DNA of 64,000 nt from a candidate division FCPU426 bacterium (GTDB taxonomy: Bacteria > Oederibacteriota > Muellerivitia > Muellerivitales > Muellerivitaceae). The notes beneath the pieces are model-generated. The model did not search any database. It was not told where the DNA came from and saw only the letters and a program-made list of their open reading frames with translations. This document shows, one piece after another, positions 48,733-57,906 of the stretch. The stretch covers positions 96,001-160,000 of the forward strand of contig CAVYSE010000011.1 in assembly GCA_963771075.1 (NCBI GenBank), given 5' to 3'. Numbering within the stretch: position 1 is the first letter of the stretch; every line of letters starts with the position of its first letter. A program made the translations under genes and the position numbers.

Positions 48733-49899
48733 TCAGGTTTCCGGTACCAGCTCAATCAGGGTGATCTCCGGGGAAAGGCCGAAACGCACGGGCATTCCCC
48801 AATAGCCCGTGCCCGTGGAAACGTAAAGCTGGCTTGGGCCCTGCCGGAACAAACCCATGTCGTATTTCAAAAAAAGCTTGGCCAAGGACCATTTCAGGAA
48901 CTTGAAACCCAACTGGCCCCCGTGGGTGTGGCCGCTTAAGGTCAATTCCACCCTCCGCCGGACCGATTCCTTGAATAGTTGGGGATTGTGGGCCAGAAGC
49001 ACCGTGGGGATGCCGGGGGGTTTATTCCCCAGGGCCTTTTCGAAATCGGGGGCGAACTCACCGATCATTCCCATCCTTCGGCCGCCCGGGTCGCCAATCC
49101 CCGCCAACCAGAAACTTTCCCCTCCCCGTTTTATTTCCACACCCTCATTTACCAGCATCCGAATCTTGCTGTCCTTCAAGGCCCTCAGGGTCTTCGCAGG
49201 GTTGGCGTAAATGTCATGGTTTCCCAGGATGCCGTATTGGGGCAGGGTTTCGGGAAAAGCGGAGAATCCTTCCAGGAATTTGGGGATATAAAAGGGATCG
49301 TCGTCGGAAATATCCCCGCAAACGGTGAAGAGATCGGGGTTCTCCCGAAGGATGGCTCGGGAGAACCGCCTCAAGCGGGATAAACGGGTAAGGAGTCCGA
49401 CATGGGTGTCGGAGACCATGGCGATTTTATAACCCTTAAACACGCTCCCCAAGCCTGGGATAACGACCCGAACCCTTTCAACGCGGACCATGAAAAGGGT
49501 TTGGAAGAAACCGAAAACGGTGATGAACCCGAGGGTTCCCAAAAAAAGGTTGAAGGGGACCTGGGCAAAGGCCCAGAAGGGATGTCCCCCCCAATGGAAA
49601 ATGAGAAGCCACAGAATGGCCAGGACCAGCAAGAAGAGGGTAGAAAGCAAACTGAGGAAGGTCCAAAAAATGAAAAAAGGAGCAAGTAAAGTCTTCGCCC
49701 ATCGGAATAAAGGGGAGGAATGGCCCCGCAAGATCAGGGGTAAGAGAAGCCAAAGCAGGTTGCCCAGGATGGCGCCCAGCAAGACGATCAGCCAATGCTT
49801 GGGATAAAGGGTATAACCCGCCAAAATGGCGACCGCATTGAGAAGGAAAAAGACGCTGAGTACCAGGTTCCAGATGAGAACGGTGCGGCGTTTGGCCAA
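48733..49899 (-). CDS. Membrane-anchored metallophosphoesterase (YkuE-like)
   Basis: SDTH, GD, GNHD, AH and GHTHGGQ. Probable TTG start after GGAGG. Confidence 0.9.
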   Translation of the reverse strand: MAKRRTVLIWNLVLSVFFLLNAVAILAGYTLYPKHWLIVLLGAILGNLLWLLLPLILRGHSSPLFRWAKTLLAPFFIFWTFLSLLSTLFLLVLAILWLLIFHWGGHPFWAFAQVPFNLFLGTLGFITVFGFFQTLFMVRVERVRVVIPGLGSVFKGYKIAMVSDTHVGLLTRLSRLRRFSRAILRENPDLFTVCGDISDDDPFYIPKFLEGFSAFPETLPQYGILGNHDIYANPAKTLRALKDSKIRMLVNEGVEIKRGGESFWLAGIGDPGGRRMGMIGEFAPDFEKALGNKPPGIPTVLLAHNPQLFKESVRRRVELTLSGHTHGGQLGFKFLKWSLAKLFLKYDMGLFRQGPSQLYVSTGTGYWGMPVRFGLSPEITLIELVPET

Positions 49900-50091
49900 A
49901 AGGACCCTCCGGGAGGTTGAAGAGGCATCATATTCGGGTGGGGGTCGGCCCAAGTCAAGACGGAGAAAACCAACATCCACCACGAAGCCACCCGCCATAA
50001 ATGCTTAATGGAAGGTGGCATGTGTTGGATGTGTCTTTTCGGCGCCGGGACCATTAAAATTCAAAGCATCCTTGGATAATTTAAGGAAGGT

Positions 50092-50994
50092 ATGGAAAGT
50101 TTTTTCCAGCTTTTATTGAACGGATTGGCCCTGGGTTCGATTTATTCCCTCATCGCCCTGGGTTACACGCTCGTTTATGGAATCCTGCGGCTCATCAATT
50201 TCGCCCACGGGGATATCGTGATGGTGGGAGCCTATGCCGGGTTGTTTACCGCCACAGCCTTGAACGCCGGGGACCATCCCAGTTTGGTTAAATTTCTTCT
50301 CATCCTTCTCGCGTCCATGATCGTTTCGGGTTTGCTGGGCTATTGGATCGAGCGCCTGGCCTACCGGCCCTTAAGGAACGTGCCAAGATTGAACCTGCTC
50401 ATCACCGCCGTGGGGGTCTCCCTCCTTTTGGAAAATCTGGGGCAGGTGATCTTTGGCGCCACGCCGAGGGTTTTCCCCGACATTATGCCGGAAACTTCCA
50501 TCTTTCAATTCGGCCCCATCTCCATCACCAACCACCAAATGACCGTCTTCGGCACGGCCTTAGTTTTAATGATCGTGCTGGAATGGATCGTCCTGAAAAC
50601 CAAACTGGGACGGGCCATGAGGGCCGTTTCCCATTCCCACGAGGTAGCCTCATTGGTCGGCATCCCGACGGATAAAATAATATCCTTCACCTTCATCATC
50701 GGTTCGGTCCTGGCGGCGGCGGCCGGCATCCTGGTAGGAGTTTCCTATCCACGGGTGGACCCCCTGATGGGGGTCATGATCGGCATCAAGGCCTTCGTGG
50801 CGGCGGTATTGGGGGGCATCGGCAGCATCCGAGGTGCGGTCGTGGGAGGGTTCGTGATGGGCGTGGCCGAATCGATGGTAGCGGGTTACGGGGGTTCCAC
50901 TTACCGGGATGCCCTGGCATTCGCCATTTTGATTCTCATCCTGGTGTTCAAGCCCGCCGGATTGTTCGGCAAGTACCAGCCGGAGAAAGTGTGA
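50092..50994 (+). CDS. livH: Branched-chain amino acid ABC permease
   Basis: ALGYTLVYG..INFAHG, GRAMRA and KAFVAAVLGGIGS. Confidence 0.93.
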   Translation: MESFFQLLLNGLALGSIYSLIALGYTLVYGILRLINFAHGDIVMVGAYAGLFTATALNAGDHPSLVKFLLILLASMIVSGLLGYWIERLAYRPLRNVPRLNLLITAVGVSLLLENLGQVIFGATPRVFPDIMPETSIFQFGPISITNHQMTVFGTALVLMIVLEWIVLKTKLGRAMRAVSHSHEVASLVGIPTDKIISFTFIIGSVLAAAAGILVGVSYPRVDPLMGVMIGIKAFVAAVLGGIGSIRGAVVGGFVMGVAESMVAGYGGSTYRDALAFAILILILVFKPAGLFGKYQPEKV

Positions 50995-51006
50995 GAGGAA
51001 TCGAAC

Positions 51007-51312
51007 ATGCCCTTTGAAAGATGCGTCGGGCTGGAAATCGGGAACGAGGAACTCTACAAACAATACCGTGAGGCCATAGCCCCTATCCTCGCCCGCTACG
51101 GCGGGGCGTTCCGTTATGACTTTAAGGTGTGCGAGGTTTTGAAATCCGAAACCCCCGCACCCATTAATCGGGTGTTTTTTCTCACCTTCAAGGACCGGGA
51201 AACCCACGACGGTTTCTTCGCGGACCCGGAGTACAAGCAAATCCGGGAAAAGTTTTTCAAACCATCCGTTCTTAATTCAACTTTACTAGGCGGTTATGAA
51301 CGAAATGCTTGA
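51007..51312 (+). CDS. DUF1330 family protein
   Basis: Y..YRE...P.L..YGG.F...F.....FF.DPEY..IR. Confidence 0.8.
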   Translation: MPFERCVGLEIGNEELYKQYREAIAPILARYGGAFRYDFKVCEVLKSETPAPINRVFFLTFKDRETHDGFFADPEYKQIREKFFKPSVLNSTLLGGYERNA

Positions 51313-51330
51313 TATACCCAATATCCTCTC

Positions 51331-51424
51331 TCCTTCTCCCCTTGAGGGAGAAGGTTTGGATGAGGGGGATATTTCTCTCGCAAGGCACCCCTCACCCTAT
51401 CCCTCTCCCTCAAGGGGCGAGGGA
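51331..51424. repeat. REP-like double hairpin (CCCTCACCC/CCTCTCCC type)
   Basis: CCTTCTCCCCTTGAGGGAGAAGGTTTGGATGAGGGG ... CCCCTCACCCTATCCCTCTCCCTCAAGGGGCGAGGG. Confidence 0.8.
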
Positions 51425-51447
51425 AGCTGGAAAGAATCAGGCAATAA

Positions 51448-52404
51448 ATGAAATCAAACCTAATGGGGATATTGATCCTTCTATCGGCCGCCGTGGTGGC
51501 GCAGGGTCTGGCCTATTTACTTCCCCCCTATTTCGCCGAACTTTTCATCTTCGCTCTCATTAACGCCATATTGGCGGTTTCCCTGAACCTGGTGAACGGC
51601 CTTTCAGGCCAATTTTCCTTAGGGCACGCAGGCTTCATGGCGGTAGGGGCATACACAGCCGCTTCGGTTAATGTTTTCCTATTAGGCTCGATGCACGGAA
51701 CATTTGTGGGGGATCAATTTTCATTGATTCTCTCATTGTTGGCCGCGGCTGTGGCGAGCGCCATGGCGGGCTATTTGGTAGGGTTGCCTTCCTTAAGACT
51801 GAGGGGAGATTACCTGGCCATCGCTACCTTGGGATTCGGGGAAATTATCCGCGTGGTGATCCTGAATATTCAGGCCGTCGGTGGGGCCAGGGGTTTTATC
51901 GGCATTCCCGGAACGACCACCGCATTCTTGACGGCTTTGATTCTGGCCGCCTGCGTGGTGGCCACCCATCGTTTCGTGCTTTCGACCCACGGACGGGCTT
52001 TGTTAGCCATTCGGGAAAATGAGATCGCGGCAGAGGCAATGGGGGTCAATACCACACGCTTTAAAGTCCAGGCTTTTGTGGTTTCCTCGGCGGTGGCGGG
52101 TGTGGCAGGGGGGCTATTCGCCCATTACCTTTCCTTTATCAATCCCAGTTCCTTTGATTTCATGAAATCGGTGGAGATCGTGATCATGGTGGTCTTGGGG
52201 GGAATGGGCTCGGTTTCGGGCTCCATCCTGGCGGCCTTCATCATCACCTTTTTGCCCGAAGCTTTGCGGCCCCTTCAGCAAGTGACAGGAGTGGATTTGA
52301 GGATGGTGATCTATTCGCTCAGCTTGATTTTGATGATGCTTTTACGGCCCAAAGGCATGTTTGGCCGCAAGGAGCTGTGGCAGATGTTTCAAAGAAAGAC
52401 TTAA
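51448..52404 (+). CDS. livM: Branched-chain amino acid ABC permease
   Basis: GQFSLGHAGF, LRLRGDYLAIATLGFGEI and IRENEIAAEAMG. Confidence 0.93.
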   Translation: MKSNLMGILILLSAAVVAQGLAYLLPPYFAELFIFALINAILAVSLNLVNGLSGQFSLGHAGFMAVGAYTAASVNVFLLGSMHGTFVGDQFSLILSLLAAAVASAMAGYLVGLPSLRLRGDYLAIATLGFGEIIRVVILNIQAVGGARGFIGIPGTTTAFLTALILAACVVATHRFVLSTHGRALLAIRENEIAAEAMGVNTTRFKVQAFVVSSAVAGVAGGLFAHYLSFINPSSFDFMKSVEIVIMVVLGGMGSVSGSILAAFIITFLPEALRPLQQVTGVDLRMVIYSLSLILMMLLRPKGMFGRKELWQMFQRKT

Positions 52405-52437
52405 TCAAAGGCTTTTATTCCTAGTTTAAAAATTAAG

Positions 52438-52599
52438 TTGTATCAATCCCTCCGCAAGAAATACCCTTCCATCCAGCCGGGCTATCACATGAACAAGCGG
52501 CATTGGAATACGGTGGTATTGGATGGGTCCCTGCCCCCTAGCTTGATCCGTAAGATGGTGGAGTTGTCCTATGTGCTTGTATCACCTGAAAAATATTGA
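52438..52599 (+). pseudogene. 3'-half remnant of an MmcQ/YjbR-family gene
   Basis: Manual translation LYQSLRKKYPSIQPGYHMNKRHWNTVVLDGSLPPSLIRKMVELSY...*; N-half absent. Confidence 0.8.
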
Positions 52600-52603
52600 A
52601 AAT

Positions 52604-52870
52604 TTATTCGTAATGAGTCCACATACGGATGACTTTTACGGTTTTGATGTCCTTTAAGACCTGATAAACCAACCGGTGATGGATATTGATCCTTCGGGAA
52701 TAGGCTCCTTCAAGGTCGCCAACCAATTTCTCGAAAGGAGGAGGATTCCGGTAGGGATCTTCGGCCAGGATACCCAACAGGTATTCGACTTTATCCCTTA
52801 AACCCGACGATGAAATCTTTTTGGCATCCTTCAATGACTGCTTCGTATATAGAAGCCGCCAGTTCACCAT
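52604..52870 (-). CDS. yoeB: Txe/YoeB family toxin
   Basis: PPFEKLVGDLEGAYSRRINIHHRLVY...MWTHYE. Confidence 0.93.
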   Translation of the reverse strand: MVNWRLLYTKQSLKDAKKISSSGLRDKVEYLLGILAEDPYRNPPPFEKLVGDLEGAYSRRINIHHRLVYQVLKDIKTVKVIRMWTHYE

Positions 52871-53106
52871 TTAATCTTTGGGGAGAGTTTTGAAATAGGT
52901 GTTGCTAATCCTTTGCGGATGGATTCGCGCATGCCGGGAATGGAAATCAGGTAGAGGGTTTCCTGAATGGCCCGCCAATCCTCCTCGGAAACGAGCACGC
53001 CATTCGCCCTTTTGCCGGTGATTTGAATGGGCACATGGTTTTTCGCCGTCTCGTCCAAAAGCTTGTATAAATTGGCCCGTACCCGGCTGGCAGTCATAGT
53101 GGTCAT
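52864..53106 (-). CDS. yefM: Phd/YefM family antitoxin
   Basis: RANLYKLLDE...VLVSEEDWRAIQETLYLISIPGM. Confidence 0.93.
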   Translation of the reverse strand: MTTMTASRVRANLYKLLDETAKNHVPIQITGKRANGVLVSEEDWRAIQETLYLISIPGMRESIRKGLATPISKLSPKIKW

Positions 53107-53120
53107 AGGAACCTCCTTTG

Positions 53121-53151
53121 ATAACGTACCATATTGCGTACGTTTTGTCAT
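53121..53151 (-). promoter_or_regulatory. yefM-yoeB promoter/operator
   Basis: Two GTAC cores 12 bp apart (53126, 53138), downstream of a -35-like ATGACA. Confidence 0.65.
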
Positions 53152-53167
53152 GTTCCCAAGAATAGGT

Positions 53168-55480
53168 TTATTTGAGATTGATCTTTTTTAAAATTTTCCT
53201 CAGTTGTTCATCCCCGAATTTACCCACCGAGAAACCCCCAATCCGGCTGAGGGGCATCTCATTAATAAAGGCCATCAAGGCTTTGGTGGCCTTCTCAATA
53301 TCGGCTTTTTCACGGGCGGAAAGCTTCTTGCTTCTAGAATCCCTCCCAATCGCACCGGCCAAACCGGTCGCCTTCAACAAAAGTTCATAATAGGTTTTAC
53401 CCTTGGAATGCCGGGCCACATCTTTCATCATGGATTCGGTGGTTAAAGTCTGAACAAATGTTTTATTCCCCGTGATCTTTATTGATTTCTTTAGGGGCAG
53501 GTCACGGGAGGAAGACCCCACCAGAATGTCATAAATGCCAGGGTTTACCCTTCGCCGGTGCAGGGTCGAGTCCCAATAACCCAATGAGCTTTCAGGGATG
53601 TTGAAGGCCACCTTTTTGGATTGGGCAGGGTTCAAAAGGACTTTCGAAAAGGCCTTGAGTTCCTTGTTGGGTCTCGCGACCTCGGGATTTTGTTCCCGGG
53701 TGTAAAGCTGGACCACTTCCTTACCCGGCCTTTTTCCGGTGTTCTTGATAGTGGCTTCCACATGAATCATCCGGGCCTTGTATGAAACCCTGAGGCGGGA
53801 ATAGGTGAAGGTGGTGTAACAAAGCCCGAATCCGAAGGGGAAGAGGGGCTCGATCTTGCGAATGTCATAGTGACGGTATCCCACAAAGATTCCCTCGCCG
53901 TAATTGGCTTGGCATCCTAAACCCGGGAACTCAGGATAGGCCGGAGTGTCCTCCAGTCTTTGGGGAAAGGTTTCAGCCAGTTTGCCGCAGGGATTTGCCC
54001 TTCCAAGGAGGATGTCGGCGATGGCCCCGCCACCCGCCTGGCCTCCCAACCAAGCTTCCAAAACGGCCTTTGACTTCGAGATCCAGGGCATGGAAACCGC
54101 CGAACCATTCATCAAAACCACGACTAGATTGGGTTGGGACTTGGCGATTTCCTCGATCAGCTTTTGATGTCCGGGGGGGAGATCGAGAGTTTTCCGGTCA
54201 AAACCTTCTGATTCGTAGCTGTCCGGTAAGCCCACAAAGAGCAGGGCGATATCGCTTTGTTCCGCCATGCGGCGGGCTTGGGAAAGGAGGACAGGCGTAA
54301 TCTCTCCCTCTGGTTTGTATCCCGGTGCGAAAGAGAACTCGATCTTGTCTCCGGCCATTTTGACCAACTCCTCATATGCGCAGTCCAATTTCGTGGCGTT
54401 CACTTGTGAACTGCCAGCACCCTGGAAGCGGGGTTCCTGGGCGAAGGCTCCGATGACGGCTATTTTTAAATTTTTGTTTGGATTAAGGGGAAGCAGTCCG
54501 CCCTCATTCTTGAGCAAGACCATGCTTTCGGCGGCGGCGATCCTGGCCAATTGATGGTGAGAGTTTTTGTTATAGGAAGCGTTCATTTTGCGACCTTCGG
54601 AGGCTTTGAGGACCACGGCCAGCAATTGCGTGGCGGCTTCATTCAATTTTTCGGTTTGGAGGCCGCCCTTTTGAACCGCCCTGATGATCTTGTCCCGGTT
54701 GTAGGGCCCGCTGCCCGGCATTTCCAAGTTCAGCCCGGCCTGGATACCCTTGATTCGGTCTTTCACCGCTCCCCAATCGGAAACCACAAAGCCCTGGAAG
54801 CCCCATTCTTTTCTCAAGACCTGGTTCATCAACCATGCGTCTTCCGAAACCTGGACTTCGTTGAGCCTGTTATAGGAGCACATGACGGCATAGGGCTGAG
54901 CTTCCCTGATGGGAATCTCGAAGGCCCGCAGGTAAATCTCACGCAGGGTCCGCTCGTCGATATTGGAGCTGGAGGTCATGCGTTCGTATTCCTGATTGTT
55001 GGCGGCATAATGTTTAAGGGTGGCTCCCACCCCTTCGCTTTGGACTCCCCGAACGTGGGCGGCGGCCATCTTGCCGGCCAAGAGCGGGTCCTCGGAAAAA
55101 TACTCGAAGTTGCGCCCGCCCAAAGGCGACCTTTTCAGGTTGTTGCCGGGTCCGAGCAAAAGCTGGACATCATTGGCCTGGCACTCCCTCCCTAAGGCCG
55201 CGCCCACTTGTCCCAGTAGGTCCGGGTCCCAGGAGGAAGCCAGGCAGGAGGCGGTGGGGAAGCAGGTGGCGGGCACGCTGGAGGTGATATCCGCGCCTGT
55301 TGCCTTGCGAAGGCCGTGGGGCCCGTCTGTCATAAAGATGGAGGGAATACCCAACCGATCGAAGGCGCAGGTCTTCCACCAGCCATCGCCGGTGAGGAAG
55401 GTGGCTTTTTCCTTGAGAGTCATCCGTCTTACCCGTTTTTTCGCTTTCGACACGTATGGATTATTTTTGGGAAGGTGCAA
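53168..55480 (-). CDS. Glycoside hydrolase family 3 beta-glucosidase with an Fn3-like domain
   Basis: TDGPHG, GGRNFEYFSEDP, KHY, nucleophile SDW and ELKAFSKV. Confidence 0.93.
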   Translation of the reverse strand: MHLPKNNPYVSKAKKRVRRMTLKEKATFLTGDGWWKTCAFDRLGIPSIFMTDGPHGLRKATGADITSSVPATCFPTASCLASSWDPDLLGQVGAALGRECQANDVQLLLGPGNNLKRSPLGGRNFEYFSEDPLLAGKMAAAHVRGVQSEGVGATLKHYAANNQEYERMTSSSNIDERTLREIYLRAFEIPIREAQPYAVMCSYNRLNEVQVSEDAWLMNQVLRKEWGFQGFVVSDWGAVKDRIKGIQAGLNLEMPGSGPYNRDKIIRAVQKGGLQTEKLNEAATQLLAVVLKASEGRKMNASYNKNSHHQLARIAAAESMVLLKNEGGLLPLNPNKNLKIAVIGAFAQEPRFQGAGSSQVNATKLDCAYEELVKMAGDKIEFSFAPGYKPEGEITPVLLSQARRMAEQSDIALLFVGLPDSYESEGFDRKTLDLPPGHQKLIEEIAKSQPNLVVVLMNGSAVSMPWISKSKAVLEAWLGGQAGGGAIADILLGRANPCGKLAETFPQRLEDTPAYPEFPGLGCQANYGEGIFVGYRHYDIRKIEPLFPFGFGLCYTTFTYSRLRVSYKARMIHVEATIKNTGKRPGKEVVQLYTREQNPEVARPNKELKAFSKVLLNPAQSKKVAFNIPESSLGYWDSTLHRRRVNPGIYDILVGSSSRDLPLKKSIKITGNKTFVQTLTTESMMKDVARHSKGKTYYELLLKATGLAGAIGRDSRSKKLSAREKADIEKATKALMAFINEMPLSRIGGFSVGKFGDEQLRKILKKINLK

Positions 55481-55593
55481 TTTTTATTCCTTGAGTAAGT
55501 TGAGTTGGGAAATTAAGCCGATATTTTACACGGAAGAGAGGAAGGGGCCAGCCACAACCCAGGATACGGATGCCTTTATTAGGTGGTACGGGG

Positions 55594-57264
55594 TTAATGG
55601 ATCAATATAACTTTTTTGATCTCACGGTCATTGGGAACGGTTAAGTAAATAATGTAAATGCCGCTGGCGCAAGGGTTATTGGCGTAGTTCGTACCGTCCC
55701 AAGGGGGGCCGGGATAGGTGATGGGCTTAGAGGCGATTTGATCGGGAACCAGGGCTTTCACGAACTCTCCGGCGGAGTTGTAAATCTTTAAGGAATAGGG
55801 CCCTGGGAAGAGGCTGTATCCCACGAGGATGGAAAGGGGGCCTTGGGAGGGTTTAAAGACATTTTGGCTCACGTAAAAGCGGTCGGTATAGGGAATGGTC
55901 GCGGTGGGGGACAATGTGATCGTGGGTGTTAGGGTAATAGTCGGGGTCAAGGTGATGGTGGGCGTTAGGGTGATGGTGGGAGTTGAAGTATGGGTCGGGG
56001 TTAAGGTTTGGGTGGGGGTGTAGGTGGGAGTGGAGGTTTGAGTGGGGGTAAAGGTGTAGGTGGGAGTGGGTGTGACCGTAAGGGTAAGGGTGACCGTGGG
56101 CGAAAGGGTGATGGTAGGAGTCGGAGTGACGGTGAAGGTGTAGGTGAGGGTGGGTGTAAAGGTGGGCGTGGGCGTGATCGTCTGGGTGTTGGTTGGAACG
56201 CAATTGCCCGAAACGGGCAGGGCCACGGTGACAGGTGCGGAATTTGAACTGCCCCAACTTACCCCGGCGGCATTGAAGATGGAGCAGGGTGAGCCTTGAA
56301 CCGTATTTAAATCGGCCAGGTAGTCCATCACAGTGACGCAAGCGCCATTGCCGCCGAAACCGAGCGGAAATTCGAAATCCATCGAGGATCCAATTTGCTG
56401 GGTGGAATACATTTGGGAGGGCGGGCTGTAGCTGAGCCATGGCCCTTGGTACCCGCCAGTGGAAGCCAAGTTCTGGTCCCAAACCGTGACGGGGCCGTTG
56501 ACGGGCGCTCCGCTGTTGCACACCACGAGGGTATAGGGCTCATTAGGGGTGTCGTTGGATTGGGGATAGGAAGAAAACCCCGGGATCAACTGGACGGAAA
56601 AGGTGGGAGGCGTGTAGGGGACCGGATTTAAATTAAAGGTCCCCAGGTAATAAAGATTTTGAAGGGCATTGGTGGCGGTTCCCGATGAGTTGAGGGAAGA
56701 GTCGGGCTGGATTTGGCCCGTCTCAGGGTTGTACATGGGTTGCAACCATGGGTCGTCCCCTGCGGCCACGGTGACTGGCAGGGTCGTGAAATATTCGGCG
56801 CTGACCGCGGCGGAATAATTGGGTGAATACCAGGGGTTGCCCGACCCATCCAGGGTGGGTGGGGCCGAGGCGGAAACGTCGTTGTACATCATGTAGCCCG
56901 GGTCGGTATTGGAAAAATAAGCGTGGGAACCGCTGGCGCAGGCGACGTCAATGACCCAGGCGGCCTGTAGTGAAATCAGGGACGTGTTAAGGTTCTCAAC
57001 GGCGACCGTATTGGAACCCGTGTTGAAATAACCTGCAGGGATGGGGAAAGTGGGAGGGACCCCGGGAGCGGTGACGAAGGTGACGGGCCCGATCGGGCCG
57101 TTCCCATTGACCCAAACATCCATGATGTCATCGGCGGAGCCGTAGAGGGTGGCGGCGGAGGGGGAACAGGTTTGTGCCCAAGCGCTTACCGAGAAGCCCA
57201 AAAGGGACCAAGCGATGAGCAGGATCGGTAAGGCTTTCTTAAGGGAGTTTGAAATCTTGTTCAA
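55594..57264 (-). CDS. Secreted protein with a long Pro/Thr linker and T9SS/FlgD-like C-terminal domain
   Basis: Signal peptide (SAWA|Q) and (TPTxTL)n. CTD contains KIYNSAGE...WDGTN...ASGIY...KKVILIH. Confidence 0.8.
   Translation of the reverse strand: MNKISNSLKKALPILLIAWSLLGFSVSAWAQTCSPSAATLYGSADDIMDVWVNGNGPIGPVTFVTAPGVPPTFPIPAGYFNTGSNTVAVENLNTSLISLQAAWVIDVACASGSHAYFSNTDPGYMMYNDVSASAPPTLDGSGNPWYSPNYSAAVSAEYFTTLPVTVAAGDDPWLQPMYNPETGQIQPDSSLNSSGTATNALQNLYYLGTFNLNPVPYTPPTFSVQLIPGFSSYPQSNDTPNEPYTLVVCNSGAPVNGPVTVWDQNLASTGGYQGPWLSYSPPSQMYSTQQIGSSMDFEFPLGFGGNGACVTVMDYLADLNTVQGSPCSIFNAAGVSWGSSNSAPVTVALPVSGNCVPTNTQTITPTPTFTPTLTYTFTVTPTPTITLSPTVTLTLTVTPTPTYTFTPTQTSTPTYTPTQTLTPTHTSTPTITLTPTITLTPTITLTPTITLSPTATIPYTDRFYVSQNVFKPSQGPLSILVGYSLFPGPYSLKIYNSAGEFVKALVPDQIASKPITYPGPPWDGTNYANNPCASGIYIIYLTVPNDREIKKVILIH
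55895..56195 (-). repeat. Coding degenerate 18-nt tandem repeat (TPTxTx hexapeptides)
   Basis: Peptide TPTITLTPTITLTPTITLSPT; GT-rich on the plus strand. Confidence 0.8.
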
Positions 57265-57432
57265 TCGGGTCTTCCCTTCGACATTGAATGATTCGATCGG
57301 CCGGGCGCTTTGTAAAAATACACCCTTATCCCGAAAGAGTTAAGGGAGATAGGGTATTTTTTAGGGAGGGAAATGAAAGCCCTTTTCTGGGAATGGACCC
57401 GGAGTTTGGCTTGGATTGAGCGGGACTCGGGG

Positions 57433-57895
57433 TTATTCCCTAGGCTTGGCCCAGCCAAGGTGGTTGGCCATGTGAAGGGCGGTCAAGGTGGTCCATTGCT
57501 CCTTGTTCATCTTTCCGAAGAAGGGATGTTCGGCCCAGGGTCCCTTGTGTTTTTCAAACGCGTCGAGGGTTTTTCGTAGGGCCGCCAAGGCCGTCATTTC
57601 GTCCCCTTCGATTTTTTCGGCCTTTAAGCTTTTATCCGACGAACCTACTCTCGGGGGAATAAAACCTTGGCGAAATACTTTTTTTAAACCGATGGGACCG
57701 ATCAAGCGGCGCATCCACCAGGCCCCCAAGGAAGGGAAGGAAGTCATGCATGGATTGGGAACCCTTGTTGAGGTGGGTGAGGATTTGGTAATAGGACCAG
57801 TTTCCGATCGTGACGACTGGCACTTTTTCCAGCCGGTCCAGTTCGGCCCGCGCCTCGTTCAATGTCTTGAACCTCAATTCGCGCCTCACGCCCAT
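57433..57895 (-). CDS. DUF1569 (DinB-like) protein, paralog 2, with an apparent frameshift near 57750
   Basis: RRELRFKTL...GNWSYYQILTHL joins ...HPFFGKM....W...H..NHL. Confidence 0.8.
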
Positions 57896-57906
57896 GTTGG
57901 GTCTCC

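Noticed and set aside
51309..51563. 84-aa ORF between DUF1330 and livM
   Set aside because: It is a translation of the REP-like hairpin plus an off-frame part of livM.
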